64,000 bases of DNA. Source: Elusimicrobiota bacterium. Its GTDB lineage: Bacteria > Elusimicrobiota > Elusimicrobia > Elusimicrobiales > UBA9959. The position numbers were made by a program, and so were the translations under genes. Under the pieces are notes generated by a model that saw only the letters and a list, made by a program, of their open reading frames with translations, ran no database searches and was not told the DNA's origin. This document shows positions 9,006 through 18,771 of the stretch, piece after piece; positions within the stretch are counted from its first letter, which is position 1, and each line of letters opens with the position of its first letter. The DNA is taken from NCBI GenBank assembly GCA_036574205.1, contig JAINCQ010000012.1, positions 1 through 64,000 on the forward strand, given 5' to 3'.

Positions 9006-9996
9006 TAATACATTAACAATAACTTTTATAATATTTATAGCTTTAGTTTTTGACTTTTATAATGGAGCAAATGATGCGGCTAATTCAATATCAACTATAG
9101 TAGCTACAAAAGTTTTAAAACCATTTTATGCAGTTCTCTGGGCAATGTTTTTTAATTTTATTTCTTTCTTAATAGTAGGAACGGCAGTTGCAAAAACTGT
9201 TGGGAAAGGAATAATAGATATAAACATAGTGGATAACTATCTAATTGCTTCAGCTATGATTGGAGCATCTTTATGGACAATGTTATGCACAAAGTTAGGA
9301 CTTCCTATAAGCGCGTCTCATGCTCTTGTCGGTGGACTAATAGGGTCAGCGATAGCAAAAGCAGGTTTTGGCGCAATTATTAAATCAGGCTTATATACGG
9401 TTGGATTATTTATAATTCTTTCCCCCCTTATAGGACTAATACTCGGCAGTATAATAATGATTCTTTTATTAAATATTTTTAAACGAACAAAACCATATAA
9501 GATTGAAGGAATTTTTAAAAAAGGACAATTATTATCCTCAGCATTATACTCAATAGGTCATGGTGGAAATGATGCTCAAAAAACAGCTGGAATTATTTCA
9601 ACTTTATTATTTGCAAACGGATATTTAGGTGAGACTTTCTATGTACCTATTTGGGTAGCTTTAATATCATATGCAACTATTGCGTTGGGGACACTGTCGG
9701 GTGGGTGGAAAGTAGTAAATACTTTAGGTCATAAATTAACAAAATTAAGACCTGTGGATGGTTTTGCAGCAGAATTTGGGGCAGCAATTACCTTACATAC
9801 CGTTACCTTTTTAGGAATACCTGTAAGCACAACCCATACCATAACAGGCTCAATTATGGGAGTCGGAGCTATTAAAAGAATGCATTCTGTTAGATGGGGA
9901 GTATCAAAAAGAATAATCTGGGCATGGGCACTTACAATACCGGGAAGCGCGTTAATTGCAAGTATTTCATATTATATTTCCAGAGCTATAAATTAA
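8998..9996 (+). CDS. pit: Inorganic phosphate transporter, PiT family
   Basis: Both PiT signatures (NGANDAANSIST, HGGNDAQK); GIPVSTTHTITGSIMGVG. Confidence 0.95.
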   Translation: MDNNTLTITFIIFIALVFDFYNGANDAANSISTIVATKVLKPFYAVLWAMFFNFISFLIVGTAVAKTVGKGIIDINIVDNYLIASAMIGASLWTMLCTKLGLPISASHALVGGLIGSAIAKAGFGAIIKSGLYTVGLFIILSPLIGLILGSIIMILLLNIFKRTKPYKIEGIFKKGQLLSSALYSIGHGGNDAQKTAGIISTLLFANGYLGETFYVPIWVALISYATIALGTLSGGWKVVNTLGHKLTKLRPVDGFAAEFGAAITLHTVTFLGIPVSTTHTITGSIMGVGAIKRMHSVRWGVSKRIIWAWALTIPGSALIASISYYISRAIN

Positions 9997-10010
9997 TTTA
10001 AGGAGGAATT

Positions 10011-10985
10011 ATGGTTTCATACAAAGAACTTGGTTTTGTTAATACAAAACAGATGTTCATAGACGCTATGAAAAATGGCTATGCTGTTCCAGCCTATAAC
10101 TTCAATAATATGGAGCAACTTCAAGCTATTATAACCGCATGTGTGAAATCCCGTTCTCCAGTGATTTTACAGGTTTCAAAAGGCGCAAGAGATTATGCTA
10201 ATTCCACACTTTTAAGATGGATGGGAAAAGGAGCGATAGAGATGATGAAAGAAATGACAGATAAACCCATACCTATTGCCCTTCATTTAGATCATGGAGA
10301 CTCATTTGAACTCTGTAAAGCTTGTATAGACAATGGTTTTTCTTCAGTTATGATAGATGGATCTCACCTACCATATGAGCAAAATGTAGAAATAACGAGA
10401 AAAGTAGTTGAATATGCTCATAAATATGATGTAACAGTTGAAGGAGAGCTTGGAGTTTTAGCTGGGATAGAAGAACATGTTTCAAGCGAAAAATCTCATT
10501 ATACCAACCCCGATGATGTAGAAGATTTTGTTAAGAAAACAGGTGTGGATTCTCTTGCCATATCAATTGGAACAAGCCATGGAGCTTATAAATTTAAGGT
10601 TAAACCTGGCCAGACTATACCACCTTTAAGATTTGATATACTTGAAGAAATAGAAAAAAGAATACCAGGTTTTCCAATAGTATTACACGGAGCTTCAAGC
10701 GTATTACAGGAATATATTGAGATAATAAATAAATATGGTGGCAAAATGGAAAATGCAGTTGGAATACCTGAAGAACAACTTAGAAGAGCAGCAAAAAGCG
10801 CAGTTTGTAAAATAAACATAGACTCAGATGGCAGACTTGTAATGACTGCAATAATAAGGAAAATTTTTGCTGAAAAACCTCAGGAATTTGATCCAAGAAA
10901 ATATCTTGGGCCAGCAAGAGATGAATTAATAAAAATGTATATTAATAAAAATGAAAAAGTTCTGGGTTCAGCTAATAGAGTTTAG
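10011..10985 (+). CDS. fba: Fructose-1,6-bisphosphate aldolase, class II
   Basis: AYNFNNMEQ, LHLDHG, SSVMIDGS, VEGELG, IGTSHGAYK, VLHGASS, KINIDSD, FDPRKYL. Confidence 0.96.
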   Translation: MVSYKELGFVNTKQMFIDAMKNGYAVPAYNFNNMEQLQAIITACVKSRSPVILQVSKGARDYANSTLLRWMGKGAIEMMKEMTDKPIPIALHLDHGDSFELCKACIDNGFSSVMIDGSHLPYEQNVEITRKVVEYAHKYDVTVEGELGVLAGIEEHVSSEKSHYTNPDDVEDFVKKTGVDSLAISIGTSHGAYKFKVKPGQTIPPLRFDILEEIEKRIPGFPIVLHGASSVLQEYIEIINKYGGKMENAVGIPEEQLRRAAKSAVCKINIDSDGRLVMTAIIRKIFAEKPQEFDPRKYLGPARDELIKMYINKNEKVLGSANRV

Positions 10986-11199
10986 ATTAATATTTTTGTG
11001 TTTCTATTTATTTAGCTCTTTAATTAATTGTATATAATTCCTAAAAAACATCAAGGCAAATTGATGGTGAAAGATAGACTAAAAAGATTGTTTTCATGAT
11101 GATTAACATAATAAATTAATATAAAAATTTTATGCTAAATTATGCCAAATAGAATAAGATTTAATAATAACCCAATATATAAGGATTTAAGGAGGCAGG

Positions 11200-13602
11200 A
11201 TGGAAAAAGAATTATTTGAAAATGTTAAACCATCAAAATTTAGTTTAAAAAATAAAAGAGCAAAATATTTTGATATTTCGGATATTATATCAAACTCAAA
11301 ATATAGACCTGATAATGATGAAATAGACTTTTTTGAAAAAACAGATCTAATATACAGGACACTGTGCGCGATATTATATAACTTTGCGCCCACCTCAGGC
11401 CATCCCGGAGGAAGTATATCCAGCGGCAGGATAGTTGAATCGCTTTTATTTGAGAATATGCTTTATGATCTATCTAATCCACAAAGGGAAGACAACGATA
11501 TAATATCTTATGCAGCAGGACATAAAGCAATGGGACTTTATGCTATGTGGGCATTAAGAAACGAACTTATTAAATCTTCTAATGAAAATCTTCTACCTCA
11601 AGATGAAAGATTTCAGTTAAGGCTTGAAGATCTTCTTGGTTTTAGAAGAAATCCTGTAAATGATACTCCACTTTTTAAAAAATTTAAATCAAAAGCTCTG
11701 GATGGACACCCTTCCCCATTAACACCTTTTATAAAACTTTCAACGGGCGCAAGTGGAGTTGGAATGGGATCCTCAATAGGCCTTGCTTATGGAGCAATGG
11801 ATTCTTTTAGAAAAAACCCTCCAAAAATAAATATCATAGAGGGAGAAGGAGGATTTACCCCTGGCAGAGTCAGTGAGGCAATAGCTTCAGCTGCAACTTC
11901 AAGACTTTATAACGTAATACTTCATCTTGATTTCAACCAAGCATCCATTGATTCAAACTCTGTGTGTTTAGAAGATAAAAATGGAGATTATGTTCAGTGG
12001 TCTCCAGATGAACTGCTTTTTATAAATGATTGGAATGTTATAAATGTTGCAAACGGGCTTGATTTCTTTCAAATACTTTCAGCTCAAAAATATTCATCAT
12101 TAATAGAAACAAACCAGCCAACAGCCATAATTTATAGAACAATAAAAGGATGGAAATATGGAATAGAAGGTAGGGCATCACATGGAGCAGGGCATAAATT
12201 TGCTTCAGATGGTTATTATCAAACTCTTTCAGAATTTGAAACAACTTTCAACAAAAAACTACCAAGGTATTGCGCTTCAAAACCAACGCCTGAGTCAATA
12301 GAAAAGTGTTTCTATGATACGCTTATGATTATACGGGAAACTATAAAAGAAAACAAAAAAATTTCAGAAATGGCCGCTTGTAAAATTGAAAGACTCAAAA
12401 AAAAGCTTGATGATTTAAAAAGGCAAAAAAGTGAAAAATCACCAAAAATAGAAAAAGCATATAAACTTGAAATAGATACTCCGAAAGAATTAGTTATAAA
12501 ACCTCAGACGGAGATAACACTTAGAGAAGCTCTTGCAAATTCCCTGAATTATATAAACAAAATCACAGAAGGAGGGATACTTGCTTCAGCAGCAGACCTT
12601 TATGGGTCCACAAGTGTCAATCTTATAAATAAAGACTTTCCTCAAGGTTTCTATAATGCTATTTCAAATCCAGACTCAAGATTGATTACAGCCGGTGGAA
12701 TATGCGAAGATGCAATGGGAGCTATTGCAAGCGGAATTAGCGCTTTTGGAAATCATATTGGGGTAACTTCATCATATGCCGCTTTTATAGCTCCACTTGA
12801 ACATATATCTGCAAGGCTACATGCAATAGGACAGCAGGCAAAGCACGAACTTACAGGCAAACCATATAACCCATTTATAATGATAAATGCTCATGCCGGA
12901 CCAAAAACCGGGGAAGACGGTCCTACTCATGCCGACCCTCAGGCGCTTCAACTTCTATGCGATAACTTTCCAAAAGGAACAATGATAACATTAACCCCAT
13001 GGGAACCGACAGAGATATGGCCACTTATTGCCTATTCATTAAAGTTAAGACCGGCAATAATAGCTCCTTTTGTGACAAGACCTGCTGAAAAAGTAATAAA
13101 CAGACAGGAATATGGACTTCCTCCGGCGAAGGAAGCCATAAAGGGAATATATTATTTTATGAAAGCTGATGAAAAATCAAAACCATATCACGGGACTGTT
13201 GTCTTGCAGGGTAATGGTGTTGCAACTATATTTATAAATGAGGTAATGCCTGAATTAAAAAGGTTAAAATATAACATAAATGTCTTGTATGTTACAAGTA
13301 AAGAGTTATTTGATTATCTTGATGAAGAAGAAAAAAAGAGAATATATCCCAATGAGTTGGCTAGCCATGCCATAGGTATAACTGATTTTACCATTCCAAC
13401 AATGTATTTCTGGATAAGATCAGAATATGGAATAAAAAACTCACTTCATCCATTTAAAAAAGGGAAATATCTTGGAAGCGGCAAAGGAGAAATTGTTTTG
13501 AAAGAAGCGGGGCTTGATGCTAAGTCACAACTTCTAACTATAAAAGAATATGCTAATTTTATAGAAAAAAATTATAAATTTGGGGAGGCAATATGTCTTT
13601 AA
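11200..13602 (+). CDS. Transketolase-like ThDP enzyme (divergent, 800 aa)
   Basis: SGHPGG, GHK, DGHP, STGASGVG, ThDP motif variant GEG..EA...DFN, TIKG, SADL-like AADL, GI.EDAMG, GEDGPTH. Confidence 0.82.
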   Translation: MEKELFENVKPSKFSLKNKRAKYFDISDIISNSKYRPDNDEIDFFEKTDLIYRTLCAILYNFAPTSGHPGGSISSGRIVESLLFENMLYDLSNPQREDNDIISYAAGHKAMGLYAMWALRNELIKSSNENLLPQDERFQLRLEDLLGFRRNPVNDTPLFKKFKSKALDGHPSPLTPFIKLSTGASGVGMGSSIGLAYGAMDSFRKNPPKINIIEGEGGFTPGRVSEAIASAATSRLYNVILHLDFNQASIDSNSVCLEDKNGDYVQWSPDELLFINDWNVINVANGLDFFQILSAQKYSSLIETNQPTAIIYRTIKGWKYGIEGRASHGAGHKFASDGYYQTLSEFETTFNKKLPRYCASKPTPESIEKCFYDTLMIIRETIKENKKISEMAACKIERLKKKLDDLKRQKSEKSPKIEKAYKLEIDTPKELVIKPQTEITLREALANSLNYINKITEGGILASAADLYGSTSVNLINKDFPQGFYNAISNPDSRLITAGGICEDAMGAIASGISAFGNHIGVTSSYAAFIAPLEHISARLHAIGQQAKHELTGKPYNPFIMINAHAGPKTGEDGPTHADPQALQLLCDNFPKGTMITLTPWEPTEIWPLIAYSLKLRPAIIAPFVTRPAEKVINRQEYGLPPAKEAIKGIYYFMKADEKSKPYHGTVVLQGNGVATIFINEVMPELKRLKYNINVLYVTSKELFDYLDEEEKKRIYPNELASHAIGITDFTIPTMYFWIRSEYGIKNSLHPFKKGKYLGSGKGEIVLKEAGLDAKSQLLTIKEYANFIEKNYKFGEAICL

Positions 13603-14048
13603 TAGAAAAACCTTATCTTCTTGGAAGGAGTTTTGTATTTTCAATTACAAAAGGAGAAGATCTTCTTCCACTGCTTACCGATTTTTGTAAAGAAAATCAG
13701 ATAAAATTCGGAATCATCACTGCTGCTATTGGAGCAGTTAATAAAGCGACATTTGGCATTTATGATCAGAAAAACAAAAAATACAATAAGATAACTATGG
13801 AAAAAGAACTTGAAATACTTTCACTTCAAGGAAATATAAGCATTTACGAACATAAACCTATGATTCATGCTCATATTACTCTTTCAGATTCATCCGGAAA
13901 TTCTTTTGGAGGGCATCTCATGTCCCCAACAATTGTATTCTCCTGCGAGATTATGATACAGGAATTAACAGGAAGCGAACCTAAAACCAGAAAATCAGAT
14001 AAATCCGTAGAACTTCTTCTGTGGCCAAATCCGCTTTCTCAAAAATGA
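13593..14048 (+). CDS. PPC/DUF296 domain protein
   Basis: GEDLL..L..FC, AIGAV, EILSLQGNIS, HAHITLSD..G..FGGHL. Confidence 0.92.
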   Translation: MSLIEKPYLLGRSFVFSITKGEDLLPLLTDFCKENQIKFGIITAAIGAVNKATFGIYDQKNKKYNKITMEKELEILSLQGNISIYEHKPMIHAHITLSDSSGNSFGGHLMSPTIVFSCEIMIQELTGSEPKTRKSDKSVELLLWPNPLSQK

Positions 14049-14947
14049 ATTTTTATTCAAATTATAAGGCGGGATTTATATCCATATCTGGCTTGCCAAA
14101 TTCAGGGAAATCCACACTATTAAATGCCATATGTAAGACAAATCTTTCAGCAGTTTCTCCTAAACCACAGACTACAAGATATCATATTAAGGGAATAATA
14201 ACTGAAGAAAACTATCAAATGGTCTTTATAGACACCCCAGGTTTTCTTACCCCAAAAACAAAGATTGAAAAAATAATGAAAACTGAAACTGATAGAGCCA
14301 TAAAAGATGATGCGGATATAATTCTTTTGGTTATAGAACCTGATACTAAATATTTTGAAAAGAATAAAGATTTTTTTATATTAATATCTAAATTTAAAAA
14401 ACAAATCATTGCAGCAATAAACAAAATAGATGCACACTCTATACAGGAAATAAATGAAATAAAAAAGGCAATAATAGAAATTTATGGCAATATTCAAATA
14501 ATTGAAATATCCGCTCTTAAAAGAATAGGTCTTGATGAATTAAAAAAAAAGATAGCGGAAAATCTTCCTTTTTCCCCTCCATATTATTATGATGATATCC
14601 TTTCTGATAAGTGGGAAAGATATTTCGTATGCGAGATAATAAGAGAACAAATATTCAATTTATATCGCGATGAAATTCCATACTCAACAGAAGTAGGAAT
14701 AGAATATTTTAGAGAAAATCAAACACCTCTGGATATACTTGCTAATATATATGTTTCAAAAAAGAGTCACAAACCTATATTATTAGGACAACAGGGAAAA
14801 GCAATAAAAAAACTCAGGGAAACATCTCTGCGTAAAATAGAATCTTTTCTTGGGAAAAAGGTACGACTTGAACTTTTTGTAAAAATAAGAGAAGACTGGC
14901 AAAATGATTTAACATTCATAAACAATCTTATAAGGGATTACAAATGA
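14045..14947 (+). CDS. era: GTPase Era
   Basis: GLPNSGKSTLLN, VSPKPQTTR, DTPG, NKID, ISA, EIIRE..EIPY, C-terminal KH domain. Start placed at ATG 14045, which overlaps the upstream stop (ATGA). Confidence 0.95.
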   Translation: MNFYSNYKAGFISISGLPNSGKSTLLNAICKTNLSAVSPKPQTTRYHIKGIITEENYQMVFIDTPGFLTPKTKIEKIMKTETDRAIKDDADIILLVIEPDTKYFEKNKDFFILISKFKKQIIAAINKIDAHSIQEINEIKKAIIEIYGNIQIIEISALKRIGLDELKKKIAENLPFSPPYYYDDILSDKWERYFVCEIIREQIFNLYRDEIPYSTEVGIEYFRENQTPLDILANIYVSKKSHKPILLGQQGKAIKKLRETSLRKIESFLGKKVRLELFVKIREDWQNDLTFINNLIRDYK

Positions 14948-15369
14948 AAAACGTAACCATAAACAAAATAAATATTTTTTTGTTTATGGTCTGGATGGAG
15001 GTTATAATATTCGTAGTTTCTCTTATAGTTTCCTTATATATAATAAAGCCTTTTTCAAGTTTAATAATAGAAAAATATAATAATTTTACACTTTATGAGG
15101 CAATAAGAATATCTATCCTTTTTATTTTAATAAGTTTATTGCAAATTCTTTACAAAAAAATTCTTATGAGATTTTGGAAAATAAATATTAAACTGCTTTT
15201 TTTTATTATAAATTCTTCGTGGCTATCTCTTTTTCTAATTCAAAGAATTATCGGAAAAACTATGCTGGCAAAATACTCACTAATATATATCGGAATATTT
15301 TTATGTTTTATGCTTCCATACTCAACTGAATTAAAATTATTGATAAAAAATAAATCTATTAAAAATTAA
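14944..15369 (+). CDS. Hypothetical 4-TM membrane protein
   Basis: 141 aa hydrophobic ORF with ATGA overlap onto the era stop. Confidence 0.55.
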   Translation: MKNVTINKINIFLFMVWMEVIIFVVSLIVSLYIIKPFSSLIIEKYNNFTLYEAIRISILFILISLLQILYKKILMRFWKINIKLLFFIINSSWLSLFLIQRIIGKTMLAKYSLIYIGIFLCFMLPYSTELKLLIKNKSIKN

Positions 15370-15384
15370 AATTATAAGCTAAAT

Positions 15385-16428
15385 TTACTTTTCCCATACC
15401 CCATATATTTCAAAGCCACATTCTGGGCAAAAACCCTTTCCATCTTTTATAAAAAGATTATTTTCAATAAGACTCATATAACCTCTTTTAATAAGAATTG
15501 CTTTACATTTTGGACAAAAAGTAGAAGAATTTTTTGTGTTATAATTTCCTCCATAAACATAATTAAGCCCTTTTTCTTTCGCTTTTTCTATAAGTTTTTC
15601 AATTAAAACTGGATTTGTTTCTTTTATCTCGTTCATTTTATAATCAGGATGAAATTTTGTCAGATGCCAGGGGATATCAGGTGAAAGTTTCTTTATGAAA
15701 TCTGCCATTTTTTCAATCTCATCTATAGAATCATTAAACCCCTCAACTATAAGAGTAACAAACTCAACATGAATTTTATTCTTACAAATCATCTCTATAG
15801 AATCTATTAAAAAATCAAGATTTGCGCCACAAAGATGATTAAACTTTTCTTTATTAAAACTTTTAAAATCTATCTTTATAAAATCAAGAAAATTTTTTAT
15901 ATAATCAAAAGCCTGTTTGGTTATATAACCATTAGAAACAAAACCAGTCTTGATCTTTGGATTTTTCTTTTTAGCTAATTCAAATATATCTTTTGCCCAT
16001 TCAACTGTTATAGTAGGTTCATTATATGTAGAAACAATAATATCAAGATTATTGCTGGAAAGGATATTTAAGAAATCCGGGGGTGAGATCTCTTTTATAT
16101 ATATTATTTTTTCTTTTAGATTTAAAATCTGTGATATCTCATAATTTTGACAATACAAACATCTAAAATTACACCCCAACATTCCAAAGGAAAGAGTAAA
16201 ATGCCCCGGCAGAAAATGATAGAGAGGTTTTTTTTCTATCGGATCAATATTAAGAGATGAAACATACCCATAAGGAACTACTCCAACACCACCGTCATTT
16301 ACTCTAACCCCACAAAAACCAGTTTTGCCTTTATCTATGATGCATCCATGTCTACAGGCTAAACATTTTATTTTATCACCTTTATTTATAAAAAGTGGAG
16401 ATTTAATTGTCATGCTATGAAAATTCAT
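15385..16428 (-). CDS. amrS: AmmeMemoRadiSam system radical SAM enzyme
   Basis: N-terminal CxxCxHxC..G.CGVR.N, IDPIEKKPLYHF.PG, GCNFRCLYCQN, TYNEP, IPWH..FHPDY, C-terminal CPKC/CPEC. Confidence 0.92.
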   Translation of the reverse strand: MNFHSMTIKSPLFINKGDKIKCLACRHGCIIDKGKTGFCGVRVNDGGVGVVPYGYVSSLNIDPIEKKPLYHFLPGHFTLSFGMLGCNFRCLYCQNYEISQILNLKEKIIYIKEISPPDFLNILSSNNLDIIVSTYNEPTITVEWAKDIFELAKKKNPKIKTGFVSNGYITKQAFDYIKNFLDFIKIDFKSFNKEKFNHLCGANLDFLIDSIEMICKNKIHVEFVTLIVEGFNDSIDEIEKMADFIKKLSPDIPWHLTKFHPDYKMNEIKETNPVLIEKLIEKAKEKGLNYVYGGNYNTKNSSTFCPKCKAILIKRGYMSLIENNLFIKDGKGFCPECGFEIYGVWEK

Positions 16429-17306
16429 ATCGCAAATACATTAAGACATTTATGCAAAATGCTTATTTCAATCTCACCCTCTGATAGATAATCCTCACCA
16501 TCAAGATGATAAACAGTCCCTTTTGGAATTATTATCTTAAAGTTTTTTGCTCTAAAAGATTTTACAAACTCATTTTCCAGAATCTTTGAATTAAAAAGAG
16601 AATTAATTTTTAAAAGTGTTTTAAAAAATCCCGGGTTTTCAATTACTACAAACTCCAAAAAACCATCATCAATTATCGAATTTGGGCTTATAATAGCTCC
16701 GCCACCATATTGCATCCCATTAGCTACAGTTGCTATGATTGGCTGAAAAACATATCTTTTCCCATCTATAAAAACCTTGGTTTTTTTGGGTTTAAACCTG
16801 AAATAGGAAAAAACGCCATGAATAAAATAAGGCAACAAACCTCTTAAATTAGTTTTATGATTAAAAAGATATGCGACCTCAGCATCAAACCCCATTCCAC
16901 ATGTTGAAATAAATATATTCCCATTTGCCAGACCACAATCTATTTTCCTTATTTTGTTTTTAAAGATAACATCAACTGCTTTTGATATATCAAGTGGCAA
17001 AAAAAGGTTTCTTGCCAGGCCGTTACCTGAACCTGCTGGAAGTATTCCTAAATTTATATTTTCTTTTCCGACAATAATTTCAGCTACCTCTTTTATTGTT
17101 CCATCCCCTCCTGCAACAATAATATTGGGATAACCATTGTTTACATATCTAAGAACTATCTCCTTAGAATGATTTTTATATCTGGTGTATTCTATTGAAA
17201 ATAAAGCATCTTTTTTTGAAAATTTTTCCTTTATCTTCTTCTCAATGCTTTTATTAAACTTAACGCCGGATTTTGGATTAATAATAAAAAGATATCTATT
17301 CATCAA
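16425..17306 (-). CDS. Diacylglycerol kinase family lipid kinase (YegS/BmrU-like)
   Basis: IINPKSG, AGGDGTI.EV, LPAGSGNGLAR, GMGFDA, N..QYGGG..I.P...DDG, HLDGE. Confidence 0.92.
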   Translation of the reverse strand: MMNRYLFIINPKSGVKFNKSIEKKIKEKFSKKDALFSIEYTRYKNHSKEIVLRYVNNGYPNIIVAGGDGTIKEVAEIIVGKENINLGILPAGSGNGLARNLFLPLDISKAVDVIFKNKIRKIDCGLANGNIFISTCGMGFDAEVAYLFNHKTNLRGLLPYFIHGVFSYFRFKPKKTKVFIDGKRYVFQPIIATVANGMQYGGGAIISPNSIIDDGFLEFVVIENPGFFKTLLKINSLFNSKILENEFVKSFRAKNFKIIIPKGTVYHLDGEDYLSEGEIEISILHKCLNVFAI

Positions 17307-17962
17307 AAAGCATTTACTCCACTAGCCCAATCAAGCTTTTCATTAGTCTGAGATATAGAAATAAGCACATTATTTAAATCAAAATCTCCAGTTTTTGAAA
17401 GGAAAACAACATCATAAAAATAGCCTATTTTATAGCTATCGTAATTAGATATAATTTTGTTTTCATCTAATATTGTAATATAATAAGCCGTGTTATCTGT
17501 ATTATAGAGAAAATAAAGTTTTGTCTGGTTAGTTTTTTCACCTTTTAAAAGAGCAAGTTTCCCTGATATATTTTTATTCTTAAATTCCTTTGGGTTTTTC
17601 AAAAATTTATCTATCTCCTCACAATCAATAGCATTTGAAGATTTCATATCTTTTGAATCAACAACAAAGTCATATTCATCTTCTATTGGATTTTGCTGAT
17701 CAGAAATTTTATCAAGAAAATCAAGATCTTTTTTATCCGCGCTGACAGAAACGGAAGAATTTGATGAATATTCCTTTTTAATATAAACAGGAGTGTATGA
17801 AACAGTTTGTTGGGATTTTCCATAATAAACTGGCTTATAATCATTTGAAAATGAAAAAAGCCCTTTAAAGTTACCCCATTTTAATGAAATATAAATACCC
17901 ATTAAAATTCCGATTATAATGAAAAAAATAGTATTTATAAATCTAAGTTTATAAAAGTTCAT
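17303..17962 (-). CDS. Hypothetical N-terminally anchored membrane protein
   Basis: 219 aa; single N-terminal TM segment, Ser-rich linker, beta-rich C-terminal domain; stop overlaps the next start. Confidence 0.6.
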   Translation of the reverse strand: MNFYKLRFINTIFFIIIGILMGIYISLKWGNFKGLFSFSNDYKPVYYGKSQQTVSYTPVYIKKEYSSNSSVSVSADKKDLDFLDKISDQQNPIEDEYDFVVDSKDMKSSNAIDCEEIDKFLKNPKEFKNKNISGKLALLKGEKTNQTKLYFLYNTDNTAYYITILDENKIISNYDSYKIGYFYDVVFLSKTGDFDLNNVLISISQTNEKLDWASGVNAF

Positions 17963-18041
17963 AATAAAATTATATAAAATAGGATATAACTAAAAAATTA
18001 ATAAATTGTTAAATTTCTCTTCTCTATTTTTACTTTAAGCT

Positions 18042-18758
18042 TTAACTTTGCCTTTTTTCAATCTTTTCTTTTATTTTTTTGTCCCTTTCTTCAAGTTTCT
18101 TCCTAACATTTTCAAAATATTTTTCAAGTTTTTTAGCTCTTTGTTTTTCTCTCATCATTATAGTTGAAAGCCTATGCTGAATTTTTATCTCAATTTTGGT
18201 TATGTAAGCGCTTTGTCCTGGCTTTAAAGTTTTAACCTCCCCATCCTTTTCTATATCAACTAACCCTTTAAAAAGGCCAATCTCTGAATGTTCTTCATCT
18301 GAAATAATCGAAAAATTAGTTCCTCTTACTCCACAAACAGCCTGCGGTGTTTTAACTTTATATTCCTTACTCATTTTATTAATAAAAAAAGTAGCTTTAC
18401 CTATAAGATAATTATAACTCTTTTCTAATAAAGAGTTTTCCTCGGCGTTTAAATTTTTTACTCCAAAAATAAAATCAAGGAAAGAGCTATTATCCTTAAT
18501 TTTTTCTTCCCGTTTTAAAATAAATTTAGTGTTCTCAAATAAAAAAACCATACTTTTGTTCTCAAGAAGTAACTGTGCCTCTGAATTAGATGATGTAATA
18601 ATTGAATATCCACTCCCAATAACATCTCCTTCCTTTAAATTAATCTTTTCGTTTTTATCATTATAAAACTCCACTGTTCCGCTTGTTTTATATATTATAT
18701 CCTGCGAATTAACAACAGGAACTCCCATCAATAATAACAAACAAAGAACAAAATACAT
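18042..18758 (-). CDS. Exported FecR-domain protein with charged C-terminal coiled coil
   Basis: Signal peptide; L.EGD.I..G..I.T..NS.A.L, V.TPQAVCGVRGTNF, LF.G.V, L.PGQ. Confidence 0.82.
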   Translation of the reverse strand: MYFVLCLLLLMGVPVVNSQDIIYKTSGTVEFYNDKNEKINLKEGDVIGSGYSIITSSNSEAQLLLENKSMVFLFENTKFILKREEKIKDNSSFLDFIFGVKNLNAEENSLLEKSYNYLIGKATFFINKMSKEYKVKTPQAVCGVRGTNFSIISDEEHSEIGLFKGLVDIEKDGEVKTLKPGQSAYITKIEIKIQHRLSTIMMREKQRAKKLEKYFENVRKKLEERDKKIKEKIEKRQS

Positions 18759-18771
18759 AATTTCCTCCTTA

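Noticed and set aside
11049..11150. GGCAAA...GAAA...GAC segment upstream of the transketolase, resembling a c-di-GMP-I riboswitch
   Set aside because: The P2 stem does not pair and GACGCAAA is absent; only a short CATCAA/TTGATG hairpin is present
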